NCBI GenBank assembly: GCA_951406725.2
Contig: OX597815.1
Coordinates: 48,236,001-48,300,000, forward strand
Length of the DNA: 64,000 bases
Origin: Octopus vulgaris
Taxonomy: Eukaryota
Direction of reading: 5' to 3'
Shown here: in pieces, positions 38,849 to 51,980 of the stretch
Layout of the letters: every line of letters starts with the position of its first letter
Position numbering within the stretch: the first letter of the stretch is position 1
Program-made: the position numbers and the translations under genes
The notes under the pieces: model-generated
The model's input: the letters and a program-made list of their open reading frames with translations, nothing else
Databases searched by the model: none
What the model was told of the DNA's origin: nothing

Positions 38849-39704
38849 GTGTGTATGTGTGCTAATGTATAATTATATTTGACAAATAAACTGATTTGAT
38901 AGAGAGAGTTACATGTGTGTGTGTGTATAGGCACGAGAGTGTAGTTAAGGAGCCTGCTTCTAAACCATGCAGTCTTGGGTTCAGCCCTACTATGTTGAAC
39001 ATTAGGTAAGTACCTTCTAATATAGCCCCAGGCACTCAAAGCTTTCTGAGTGAGTTTGTTAGAAGGAAACTGAAAGAATCCTAATGTATATAAGTTGTGT
39101 GTGTGTGTGTGTACTCATGCCATGTGATCACATGATGTTGTGCTTGGAAACAGGTCAGCATTGGTGACAGGAAGGGCATCCAGCCTGTAGAAAATATGCT
39201 TCAACAAATTCCATCTGACTCATGTAAGCATGGAAACGTTAAATTAAAACGTATAGTGAGATAGATAGATAGATAGATAGATAGAAAGAGAGAGAGAGAG
39301 AGAGAGGTGGGGGGGCATGCACATTATTATTATAGTTTTTATGTCCATCTTATTATGTGTACATTGCCTGAGTGAGACATTTTAAGGTTATATTTGAGTG
39401 ACTAGATGTCCTTCTGCCAACCCTTTCAGTTGCCTTTTATGAGATATAGGGATACATTTTCCTATTCTAAAATCCAGGATACACACACTCACACACATAA
39501 ATATATATATGTACATATATATATATACACACACACATTTATGTATGGCTAAGAAGTTTGCTTACCAGCCATGCGGTTTTGTGTTCTCACCCATTTCGCA
39601 GCACCTTGGATAAATGTCTTCAACTGTAGTTGCAAGCTGACCAAAGTTTTGCTACTGAAATTGGGAGAAGAGCTAGAAACCCATTGTACAAACACATCCA
39701 CCTG

Positions 39705-39737
<33 letters not shown>

Positions 39738-40231
39738 GTATACACACATATACATATTTACACACATGCACATGCACACATGATCATTGTCTTTTAACAT
39801 CTGTCACTCATTGTGGCTTGTTTTTGATAGTTTCACCAGATCTGACAGGTCAGAGGACAGCGTTGTACTCCAGTGTCTCTTTGGTATGGTTGCTAACATT
39901 GGATCTCTTTCTAATGCCAACCATTTTATAGATTCTATTGGATGCTTTTTCAATGCACCAGCACTAGTGAGGTTGCCATGTAGCCTGGCAATCTAAGGTC
40001 CCCATCAGCTGAATAGAATTAGAATAGAAGGAGATTGGTAGTTTTATGTTAGGTGATGAAAGGTGAGATTCCAAATGCATGACTGGATAAGTATAATCAG
40101 AGTGGAACGTGAAAAGTAGACAAGGTAAACATGTCTAACAACATCACTTGCCTTGAGGCTTTTGTGTCTTCTTACAAGGTTCATTGCAGTTGGATGATTT
40201 AGTGAATGTCAAATCTAAAGATCCTCTGGAT

Positions 40232-40560
40232 TAGTGGATCTTAACCATTTTTTTTTATCTATAGACCCCTTTCATTTTCATTCTGTTCTGGCGGATCCCC
40301 AAAGCTATTTGATGTTTAAAAACTAGTGTTTTTTCAAATTCTTTTTTCAAAATTCTTATTTGTTATTCACACATTCACTTTTGTAGGTTGAACTCTGTAA
40401 AACATTAGAAAAAGAAACTTAGCTGTTTCTAACAATAAATACATCTAAATCTCAAAACTTTTTTTATGGGCCCTTAATATACTACTGTGGGTCCCTAATT
40501 TACTATTTTGCTTGTGTGGAACCCACAAAATGTAATATGGACCCTGGTTGAGAACCACTG
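40232..40560. mobile_element. Old hAT MITE
   Basis: Ends tagtggatcttaacc / ggttgagaaccactg with internal ggacccc motifs as in the 17717 and 46642 elements; TSD degenerate. Confidence 0.65.
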
Positions 40561-41791
40561 TTGTAGATCATCAAATTGCTAGAGTAATATTGGACTGTCT
40601 GAATGAACCCGTCCCACCATCATTGATTGCCTTGTCAGCTGCAAAAGTGGCCATGTCACAGCCCTCATTGACATACTTTGTAATAAATATTGTTGCTCTG
40701 ACAGAGCTGTGCTACAGTGAGATTTATAAAAGTTTATGCTATTATTTGCTACATAGGCCTATTTAATGCCTGTCAAAAGTCAGCACCTTTCTTTCAATTG
40801 TTAGCACTGTTGTCTTACCCCTGTCTTCAAATTGTGCCAGCACTTACTTTTTTGTTACTATATTTCTGTTGAGATGCTCTGTGTTTCTTTCAATTAATTT
40901 TAAATATAGAAGCATATCTGAGCATGATCGTTGCCAGGGCCATGGACTGGCTCCCATGCTAGTGACATGTGAAAAGCACCATTCGAGTGTGATCATTGCC
41001 AGTGTTGCCATACTAGCACATGTGCCGGTGGCATATAAAAACACCTTTTGAGCGTGGTTATTGCCGGAACCACCTGACTGGCCCTCATGCCGGTGGCATG
41101 TAAAAAGCACCCACTACACTCTCGGAGTGGCTGGCATTAGGAAGGGCATCCAGCTGTAGAAACTTTGCCAGATCAGATTGAGCCTGGTGCAGCCTCTGGC
41201 TCACCAGTCCTCACTTAAACTGTCCAACCCATGCCAGCATGGAAAGTGGACGTTAAACGATGATGATGATGATAAAGAATTTAGTAAAACTTAATTATCA
41301 TAAATTGTGACAAAGGTTTGATGGAAGATTTTAATTCAGAACTTTTGAAAACAAGACATTTGTACTACAGAGCTAGAGACAGTTTCAGGTGGGTTGGTAT
41401 CAAAAGGGTTAAAGAAAGCATCCAACTTTGCTGATCTGAGTTTCCTAGAGAAAAGCTCTCTGCTATCCTTGGATAATTTTTCTATCATGCATGCAGGGTG
41501 ATGCTTGATTGATGATTCAACATGGATGTTGAATGAAGTGAGCCCTGATATTAACAAATAACTTTGGATTGTCGTCCTTATAGGGCATGCTATTTCTATC
41601 CAACTGAAATAATTTTGTCAACATCACCTTATCTTCCCACTGTGCCAGATCAATGCCTGATATGTAGGATACTGTCCCTGCAGCTATTTAATAGTGGTCA
41701 TCAACATACTAATATCACAGAAAATCCTTCCCTCTTTTAGGAGCCTGGAGTTACTTTTGCTTCTCACGGAATATCCAAGAAATGAAATCAT

Positions 41792-42206
41792 ACTCTTTTA
41801 CTCTTTACTCTTTTACTTGTTTTCAGTCATTTGACTGCGGCCATGCTGGAGCACCGCCTTTAGTCAAGCAAATCGACCCCGGGACTTATTCTTTGTAAGC
41901 CCAGTACTTATTCTATCGGTCTCTTTTGCCGAACCGCTAAGTGACGGGGACGTAAACACACCAACATCGGTTGTCAAGCAATGCTAGGGGGGACAAACAC
42001 AGACACACAAACACACACATACATATATATACATATACATATATACGACAGGCTTCTTTCAGTTTCCGTCTACCAAATTCACTCACAAGGCATTGGTCGG
42101 CCCAGGGCTATAGCAGAAGACACTTGCCCAAGATGCCACGCAGTGGGACTGAACCCGGAACCATGTGGTTGGTTAGCAAGCTACTTACCACACAGCCACT
42201 CTTGCG
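41792..42206 (-). mobile_element. SINE family A, young copy
   Basis: CpG-rich, with a (TACTCTT)n tail on the plus strand. Confidence 0.92.
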
Positions 42207-43027
42207 CCATGTTGATCTTTTGGTTACTTTTTTGTAATCTTTCAACACACAATATTATTTTAATAAATCTGCTTAAACTTAAATCAAAAGAACACTAACA
42301 GTGTAAGCACCATCATTCTTGAAATGAAATAGATCTTCGAGAACTCAGCTCTTCTGATTTTAAATGCACTGTAATCCTCATTTGAGGTGAAATCCAAGAC
42401 ACAATCTTTCTGAAATTGAAGCCACTGTTAATTACATTAGCAGTAAATTACATTAGCAGGTCACTTAAGGGTTTTGCAAATGAACTATTTAAGTCAATGA
42501 GTGCTTTATTCAGCTTTCATATTATCATCATTATCATTGCCATCATCAGCATCATCGTCATCATTACTCCACCTCTCTCCTGATATATTCCATTCTCTAT
42601 CTATCTCTATTCCAGAAAGAGAGAGAAAGCATGGAATGGAAAGTGAGGGTGAGGGTGGGAGAGAAAGAGATGAGGTGAAGGAAGATTAAACAGAGATTGA
42701 AGCAGGAAAAAGAGTTTGATATGACATACAACATATTTTAGAATGTTTCTTTACTTCGTTTATACCCCTCCTTCACAACTTTCTGCATTTCTTCCTTCTA
42801 CCACTACCTCCTTTCTAGAGATTTCTGTGTTTCTTCTAGTTGCCAATACTTCTTTATATCAACTTCCTGTCTTTCTTAAACTCATGACTCAAAAGACAGT
42901 AAAAAATGTTAGGGAGAGAAACACATATAGAGTCATCTAAGAATTCATAAGTCTGAAGAAACAGGAACTTGTATATTGACCAGCGGAGTAGGTATACATC
43001 AATCAAAGTTTACAGTAATGTAGATCC

Positions 43028-43254
43028 ATTTCAACCAATCTTACTTATTGGTTTCATACTCAGTATTAAATAACAGGACAGTTATCTACATTCATGTACT
43101 CTTCAGAGATGTTACGTATGGCAATTATTTTTAGGAATGCTATGTATGGCAATTTTTTTTTACCATATATACCATCTCTGAAGAGCATGTGTATCTAAAC
43201 AACTGTCTTGTAATCTAATACCTGAAGTGAAACTAATAGGTAAGATCAGCTGAA
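43028..43254. repeat. Diverged ~100-bp-arm inverted repeat, Penelope-LTR-like
   Basis: atttcaaccaatcttacttattggtttca...ctcttcagagatg versus catctctgaagag...tgaaactaataggtaagatcagctgaaat. Confidence 0.8.
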
Positions 43255-43554
43255 ATTAATCTCTAATACTATATGCTTTGATAAATATACATACATACAT
43301 ACATATGTGTGTATCTGTGTGTAGTAAATGGATCTCTGTTGGCTTCAATGATGTGTATTCAAGTTTGGTCAACTGGATTACCTCATTATTGACTTTATCA
43401 TGTATGTAGCAGAGCATACATGTTCTGTCACCAACTCTCACTTACGTTCAGATACATTACTTGCTTATGATGTACAATTATGTTGCATTACTTTCAGGAA
43501 AACCCTAATGTATGTATGTATGTATGTATGTATGTGTATATATATATATATATA

Positions 43555-43940
43555 TCATCATCATCATTTAGCGTCCGTTTTCCATGCTAGCATGGGTTGG
43601 ATGGTTCAACTGGGGTCTGTGAAGCCGGAAGGCTTCATCAGGCCCAGTCAGATCTGGCAGTGTTTCTATGGCTGGATGCCCTTCCTAACGCCAACCACTC
43701 TGTGAGTGTAGTGGGTGCTTTTTACGTGCCACCCACACAGGTGCCAGACAGAGCTGGCAAACGGCCACGAACGGATGGTGCTTTTACGTGCCACCGGCAC
43801 GGGGGCCAGGCGAGGCTGGCAACGGACACGAACGGATGGTGCTTTTACATGCCACCGGCACGGGGGCCAGGTGAGGCTGGCAGCGGACATGAACGGATGG
43901 TGCTTTTAACGTGCCACCGGCACGGAGGCCAGACGGGGCG
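43555..43940 (-). mobile_element. RTE-tail SINE-like element (family E) with ~62-bp internal tandem units (other copies about 1345-1570, 16200-16480, 23597-23920, 31690-32090, 35217-35601, 40915-41272, 47250-47960, 48380-48580, 50280-50470)
   Basis: 3' end aacccatgctagcatggaaaacggacg(c/t)taaatgatgatgatg; repeated ggtgcttttacgtgccaccggcacg units. Confidence 0.87.
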
Positions 43941-43944
43941 GCCG

Positions 43945-45302
43945 TTTAACGTCTGCTTTCCATACTGGCATGGGTTGGATGGTTTGACTGAGGGCTGGCA
44001 AGTCTGATCTGGCAATGTTTCTACAGCCGGATGCCCTTCCTAATGCCAACCACTCCAAGACTGTAGTGGGTGCTTTTTAAGTGCCACTGGCACGAGGGCC
44101 AGTTAGGCAGTACTGGCATCGACCATGCTTGAATGGTACTTTTTATGTGCCACAGGCACGGGAGCAAGTCAGGTGTATTGGCAATGACCATACTCAAATA
44201 GTGCATTTTATGTGCCACTGGCATGGGACCAGTCAGGTAGCACTGGGATCGACCACACTAGAATGGTGCTTTTTATGTCCCACCGGTACGGGTGCCATTC
44301 AGGTGGTACTGTCATTGGTCCTGACAATGACTTCACTTGAACAACAGGTCTTCACAAGTGCAGTTTATTGCCCAATGATTGACGGGTACTCTTAAATGGG
44401 CCTTTATGCTGCACTGGCATAGGCCATGGTTATGGTTATGGTCTCACTTGGCTCACGGGGTCTTCTTAAACACAGCATATCTCCAAAGGTCTCAGTCACT
44501 TGTCATCGCCTCCATGAGGCCCAATGTTTGAAGGTCATGCTTCACCACCTCACCGCAGGTCTTCCTGAGCCTACCACTTCCACAGGTTCCCTCTACTTCT
44601 AGGGTGTGATACTATTTCACACAGCTGTCCTCATCCATACGCAACACATGACCATACCAGTGCACTCATTTCTCTTGCACACCACATCTGATGCTTGGGT
44701 GCTTACACACTGTCGTGTATGCACATTGACATTACACATCCAGTAGAGCATACTAGCTTCATCCCTTGCAAGCTTACACATACCCTCAGCAGTCATGGCC
44801 CATGTTTCACTACCATGTAGCATGGCTGTTTGCACACATGCATCATACAGTCTACCTTTTACACGGAGTGAGAGGCCCTTTGTCACCAGCAGAGGTAGGA
44901 GCTCTCTAAACTTTGCTCAGGTTATTCTTAATCTAGCAGTTACACTCTCAGAGCAGTTACCCCTGCTACTGACTTGGCCACCTAGGTAATGGAAGCTACC
45001 AACTACTTCTAGTTTTTCCTCCTGGTATGTGACGGAAGCTGTTTTATGCAAATTTTCAGTGTTTATTGCCCCCGAGCATTTGCCACACACAAAAACTATC
45101 TTCCCAGTTAGCCTTCCTTTGATATTGCTGCACCTCTTATGTGTCCATAACTTATGCTGGGTACATCTTATGGAGTTTCTAGCAATGCCTTGTCTACAGA
45201 TCGAGCAGGGCCATCTACCTGAAGGAATGTAATTTGTCTACCTTCCTACTTATTATGACTTTGGTATTTGCTAGATTGACTCTAAGGCCCTTCGATTCTA
45301 GA
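43945..45302 (-). mobile_element. 5'-truncated RTE-clade LINE (ORF C-terminus plus 3' UTR)
   Basis: Remnant peptides WPCSICRQGIARNSIRCTQHKLWTHKRCSNI and LSLRVKGRLYDACVQTAMLHGSETWAMT, running into the same 3' region found in the (GAT)n-tailed short repeats. Confidence 0.88.
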
Positions 45303-45310
45303 CATTACTG

Positions 45311-45342
<32 letters not shown>

Positions 45343-45437
45343 GTCACAAAATCTGGAAACCAGCCTTATGAACCTATTGACCAAGAAAAACCTGGAATCT
45401 TTTCTTCACACATATACACACATATGTATGTAAAAAA

Positions 45438-47217
45438 GGTGCTACAACAATTCGTCCCCAGTTATTTTGTCATTGGTTAATTTGTCCCCACTGAACTTGT
45501 CATTGTTCAATTCATCTCCAGGTCAATTCGTCACTGACCAATTTGTTCCAAAATACTCTTAAATGTGATTTTCGAGGAAAAAGTTTGGAACAATCACTTT
45601 AGAATTAAAATTGTCATTGGACAGTTTTAGATATATTTTTCCTTACTTTAACACCTGCCACCCTCTCTCTCTCACTTTCTCAAGTATCTGCACTGAACAG
45701 TTTACAAACATTTTCAAGCAAATCGAATTAAATATATTCAGTACGCTTACCCATCAACATGACTATCTGCAAGATCATAACTTCAGAGAAAAGAAAAATC
45801 AAAGTGGTCGATCAAGAAAATTATACATATACACAAAAAATTAGCAGAATGCAAATGGACTGAAGATATACTGGAGATGCGAAAATCGTGTGTGCAAGAT
45901 GAGACTTCAAACAGATGAAAATTATAAAGACTTTAAGAAGATTGGGATCCATAATCACACTTCAACTGCTGCAGAGGTAAATGCAAGGATAATAGTTTCA
46001 AATATTAAAGTAAAGTTTATTTCATCTTGTGATGCCCCTCGCTCAATTATCGCTAGCGAAGTTCAGAATTTAAATGACAGTACATTGTCCCAAATAGCTC
46101 CGTTTGCATAGCTTCATAGGAATATTAGACGTTGGAGGCAAGCTGATCCCAACTATCTTGCCACCCCAGTTACAAATGTTGGGTTTTCCATTCCAAGTGA
46201 ATACTCCTACCTTGACAATGATGAAACGTTTTTACAGTATGACAGTGGGATGGAAGATTCAAAATGAATACAAATATTTGCAAGTGATGAAGGACTTTGA
46301 CAGTTAAAACAGCACAAGAACTGGGTGGCAGATGGAACATTCAAGTGCTGCTCTAGTATATTTTCAGTTATATCAAATTGATAATTTTAATGCCCCACAA
46401 TTGAATTTGGCATGCTGCTTGTTTCATTTAGGACAAAATGTGTACAAGCATGTACAAGAAGGACTAAAATCCAGATATCACGAAGATGACAGTTATAGTC
46501 TAAAAATGCAGTATTTTTTTGCCCTCGCCTTCCTGCTAATTGATGATGATGTAGATAGATATGAACAACTTGTAGATGATGATGCTATTCCACAGTCAAT
46601 TGTATCCTATTTTAAAAATAATTATATAGGACCACCTAGAGCTGTGGTTCCTAAACTGGGTTCATAGACCCCTAGTGGTTTGTAAAGGTAGTACTGTGGG
46701 GTCCGTGAACTAAATTCAAAATTTCATATATGTATATAAGGATAAGCATATTAAAAGGGGTCCATGGGAAAACTCATTTAAATAAAAGGGTTTGAAACCA
46801 CAGTGAAAAGGTTGGGAACCACTGACCTAGAAGAAGAGGACAGAGGAGGTGAAGCCTTGAACCTCCATTTCTATTACCTATATGGAATGTTTGGGATCAG
46901 TGTATGACAAGGATTGCTCCTACTACAAATAGTTTTGAAACCTACCACAGCAGAGTGAATATTAGTCATCCAAATTTTATTAATTTGAGTAAATGTGAGG
47001 AAAGGTTTGCAGAAGTTTATGCAAGAAGAACCAAGCCATAAGTAAAAATACAGAGATATGAACCTGTGTATAAAAAATGTCATGGAAGAATATGATCCAA
47101 GCGAAAAAATTATTTTTCTAAAAGCAATTGCACACAACCTTAAATTGACCAGAGGAAGAATTGATCAACGGCGAATTGACTGGAGATCAATTGCAGTCAA
47201 CGAATTGACCGGACACC
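45438..47217 (+). mobile_element. Mutator-superfamily FLYWCH-MULE (Phantom-type) transposon, decayed
   Basis: Termini GGTG...CACC with subterminal arrays of caattcgtc/gaattgac. 8-bp TSD gtaaaaaa/ataaaaaa. Remnant peptides IYWRCENRVCKMRLQT...HNH (FLYWCH), WVADGTFK, CLFHLGQNVYKHVQ, ALAFL and YFKNNYIG, with multiple stops and frameshifts. Confidence 0.88.
46642..46824. mobile_element. hAT (Charlie-type) MITE nested in the MULE transposase
   Basis: TIRs ctgtggttcctaaact / ggttgggaaccactg; 8-bp TSD acctagag/acctagaa. Confidence 0.85.
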
Positions 47218-48233
47218 ATAAAAAATACATATGAATATGCATATTAACGCATCATCATCATCATCATCATCATCGTTTAGCGTCCGTTTTCCATGCTAGC
47301 ATGGGTTGGACGGTTCTACTGGGGTCTGTGAAGCCAGAAGGCTTCATCAGGCCCAGTCAAATCTGGCAGTGTTTCTACGGCTGGATGCCCTTCCTAACGC
47401 CAACCACTCCGTGAGTGTAGTGGGTGCTTTTTACGAGCCACCCGCACTGGTGCCAGACAGAGCTGGCAAACGGCCACGAACGGATAGTGCTTTTTATGTG
47501 CCACCGGCACGAGGGCCAGGCGAGGCTGGCAACGGACACGAAACGGGGCAGTGCTGGCAACGGTCGCGAAACGGAAAGTTCTCTTACATGCCACCGGCAC
47601 TGGTAACACATCTGCAATTTCCATTGATCGATTTCCATTGATCGATTTCGATTCTGATCCTCACTTGCCTCAACGGGTCTTCACAAGCAGAGTTTTGACA
47701 TGCCACCGGCACTGGTAGCACATCCGCAATTTCCATTGATCGATTTCGATTCTGATCCTCACTTGCCTCAACACGTCTTCACAAGTAGAGTTTTGTGTCC
47801 CAAGAAGGGAAGGTATGCATACGTAGGCTGGCTCCATCCCATGTAGAAGGCCACGGGTTATGGACTCACTTGTCCTGCCGGGTCTTCTCGCGCACAGCAC
47901 ACTTCCAGAGGTCTCGGTCTCTAGTCATTTCCTCAGTGAGACCTAAAGTTCGAAGGTCATATATATATATCAGTGTATACTGTGTGTGCATGTATATGTA
48001 TGAATATATATATATATATCAAGGAATAAATGGCATAAAAACTTGTATTTTAATTTCTAACTTTTTCTTGATGATATTTTGCTCATAACTTATAAATGCA
48101 AATTTAAGGCAAAATCTGTAATTTATTCAATGAGTACAAATGGAAACAGCTATAGGAAGAAATGATTATAATGTATTAATAAATAAATATTAACCACTAG
48201 CTCTCCATTTTCTTCTTTTAATTTAATATGGAT

Positions 48234-48272
<39 letters not shown>

Positions 48273-51119
48273 TCAATTAAAGGTTAAAATAGCCTCATTA
48301 AGGGATAGTAATATCCATTTTCTAAATTTTCTTTTGAATATTTATAAACCAAGATATATATATATATATATATATATCCTGTCTGCCACTGCAGCATTGA
48401 TGCCAGAGCTGGTGCTAAATAAAAAGCACTCAGAACACTATGTGGAGTGGTTGGTGTTAGGAAGGGCATCCAGTCATAGAAATCGTGCCAGAACAGATAA
48501 TGGAGCCTCGTGTAATATCTGGCTTTACCAGCTCCGGTCAAACCATCCAACCCATGCCAGCATAGAAAACGGACATTAATATATATATTATCAACCACAC
48601 ATACTTAATCCCCCATGTCTTGTGTATTTGCTGGTAGGCAGTGATTTGGCATGGTGTGGTGAAAATACACCCTCAAAACCCTGGGTGTTAAAATACCTTA
48701 AAGTCATAGACAGGCAGGATAACTCACCCCAAATCCCATTCAAGAGTAATAGACATCAATGCTTCACCATTTACATGGCTTATCAACATCACATATCCAA
48801 ACTGAATCACAGGTGAATTGTACCACTAGTACACAACTTATATACGTATAGTGTAAAAACTATGTGCCATATATATATATTTGTATGTATATATATATTG
48901 TATAAGTTATATTATGTATGTGTATTTATTAGAAATGGACAGAAGGTTCCTGCTGATTCTTGTGTAACTAACTACCAAAACTGTCTCAAAATTAATTAAG
49001 CGGTATCAACGTTTTAGCTGAAGTAAATCAACTTATTATTGTCCAATAGAATGTATTTTCCGTAATTGCATTTATTTCCTCACAATGAATTTATTTCACC
49101 AGACTAAACAATTTTGTATCACTAAAAGCGTTGGTTAACTGCCAAACTCAGAGTTCATAATCTAAAAATAGACTCATTAAGTCTTTGATATTTATTTTAC
49201 GATTTGCTTATTTTCTCTTTAGGACAGCCAGCCAGCCAGACAGACAGACACATCAATGACTGTTCACCTGACTTAGGAGAAATGCAATTTCTATGGTACA
49301 TAGGGAGTGAATGGGTCTCATTCATTAGTGATTAGTATAAAGTAAGATTCCTTTCAAGATAACAATGCAGTATATTATAGCTTAGGGTTTAGATGTCATC
49401 TCACATAGCAGTAAGATTAATTCTACTATGAGCACAAGGCCTGGAATTCTGGGGAGGGGCTAAGTCAATTACATCAACCCCAGTACTCAACCAGTACTTA
49501 TTTTATTGGTCCCAAAAGGACGAAAGGCAAAGTTGACCCCGGTGGAATTTGAATCCAGAACATAAGGATGGATGAAATGCTGCTTAGCATTTTGCCTGGC
49601 TTGCTAACGATTCTGCCAGCGCACTGACTTCTCACATTATAGCAATAATGAAAATAACAATACAGGAAGTTTAACCCTTTAGCATTTAAGCCGATATATC
49701 TGGCTCAGATATTTTACATGTTTTATGTTCAACCTGTCCATATCTGACTTCTTGCACTTACCCTACAGTGCCATTCTAAAAATGAACAGTCACACCATTG
49801 AAATCTCAAAGCTGCTTGAACAGGACTGACTTGGGGCTACATAACTATTACACATCCACACATTATACAAGTTTATTTGATCAGAGATAATAAAAAAACA
49901 ACAAGATAACTATATATCCTTACAGCATTTCATTGAAACAGTTGCTTAAATAATATGAATACCTCCTCCAACTACCTGTGCCCGCTCACTACACCCCACC
50001 CCCATTTCCTATTCTCCTTTTGCAATATTGAGGATTCACCCACCCATTCACCTCCTCCAATTTCCCATCAACTTCATTACATACCACCTTGTAACTTGGA
50101 TGTACACCTCGTAACATCACCACCTAATTATTTCTCTCATCTATCTCTCTCCCATCACTCTTTCTCCACCTGAGGTAGCCATGTTTCTCCTTTACTGCAA
50201 GATACCCATTTCTATCCCTTAATACAACTCCCCACTCAGTCAAGGGGTCTTGTTTCGCAATTTGTTCCATGACCTTACTGTTGCTAGCGTCACATAAGAA
50301 GCACCCAGTACAATACGTAAAGTGATTGGCATTAAGAAGGGTATTCAACCACAGAAACCTTGCCAAACCAGACATTGGAGCTTGGTGCAGTCTTCTGGTT
50401 AGCCAGTTCCTGTGGAACCATCCAACCCATGCCAGTATGGAAAGAAAATGTTGAATGATGATGATGATAATGGTCACAGATTGTTGTAAATAACTTTAAT
50501 GCATATTGGTTTTTAATTATTAGTTAATTTTCCTATATGTAAAATGTTGCAATGTGATGTTGGTGCCATTCTTGCTATGAGTATTCATACAAAAGCAAAA
50601 GCATGATCAATCATTTACAAAGACAATGTTACTGCTTCACTGCAAAATTAGTCTTTATGATTCATGATAGATGAAGATTTAAGTTTGATAGCTGAAAAGT
50701 TTCAATAATTGTGTAGTTCATATATGAGTAAACTTAAACAATACACAAAGTGAGCACAGTAAACTATTGCAAATATTCAACCAATCAATACAATAACAAC
50801 AAACCAACTTTCCAAGAAGCTAATTCAATCTAGGTGAAATGAAATTAGAGAAAGTTGAAAATCTTGCTCAAGCCATAGCAAATTATACAGTTCTAAAGTA
50901 AGATATAAAGAATTGAGATATTTACCAAAATTCTTTCGTGACACTCTGATGAAGTGTAGAAGGTATATAGAGCAGAAAATTTCAACTATGAAGACATTCA
51001 GAGTTTAAAATTAGTCAAATCTGACTACCAGCTTCAAGTAAGTTCGACTATTTGTTACAAAACTTCTAAAACTATTTAGGTCTCATTTTAACATTTAAGT
51101 CCAAGGTGCATCTCAAAAT

Positions 51120-51450
51120 ACCCTGGGATGCATCGTTAGAGATGTTTTTTGTGTGTTAGAGGGTTTTAGGCCTTTCGATATCAGATCTCCTTACCCAATC
51201 GACCCAGCTAGGGTTGATCAAGTCCCAGTTTGCATCCCACCAGCAGCAAACCATCGCGCTCCGCTTTCTTTATCCAAAACCACATTGTCTGCAGCTTCAG
51301 TGATGGAATTTATGGCTGTCTTTGATGCCGCACCATTAACTTCAAGCCCAATAAGAGCTTTGCAGAATGAATATTTCACAAAACCCAAGCAGCCCACTTA
51401 AATTGTCTCACAATATGCCTGCCATCTCTAGTTTTTGCACTGCTCTACAA
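51120..51450. promoter_or_regulatory. Candidate conserved non-coding element
   Basis: Unique, higher-GC, CpG-retaining sequence with no clean reading frame on the gene strand; TGATGGAATTTATGG at 51301; CTCF-like half-match near 51419-51432. Confidence 0.35.
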
Positions 51451-51630
51451 AACATCAAAAAACAGATACCCAGAGTTGGTTGAAAATATCTCTGAAGTTG
51501 CTATGTAATGCTCATTTTTTAAAAAAATTGTTTCCTGGAATGTGGCTAGGGATAAAGGTATTAGTTTAGTGCAGTTAATGTTAAATTTGTGAATTCTTGC
51601 ACATTAATAGTTGTAGATAGATAGGTAGGT

Positions 51631-51675
<45 letters not shown>

Positions 51676-51941
51676 AATAGAGAGAGAGAGTCTGTGTGTG
51701 TTTGCATCATTCTTTATAAAAACGTTCTCACAGTCTTAAAACAAGGAAATGATTTTAATGACAAGTTTGTATTAAAGTTAGGTGATGAGTACATAAAAAC
51801 AAGATGTTGAATCAGCAAAAAGCCATGTTTAGGAACATTATTTGAATTTCATAATAAAATTGGTGAAAGAAAAGAAAAAACAAAATCCCTGGCAACTCCA
51901 CAAATAAGTGAAGAAAAGATCAAGATATTAACACTGGTACG

Positions 51942-51980
<39 letters not shown>

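Noticed and set aside
40848-40910. Possible upstream centlein exon ending AA|gtaagt (phase 2); similar weak candidates at about 48728-48800, 53437-53460 and 56781-56793
   Set aside because: Good donor motifs but weak acceptors and no recognisable centlein similarity; cannot be supported without RNA-seq.
51153-51401. 82-aa plus-strand ORF or a minus-strand exon
   Set aside because: No recognisable domain and minus frames are interrupted by stops; treated as candidate non-coding.
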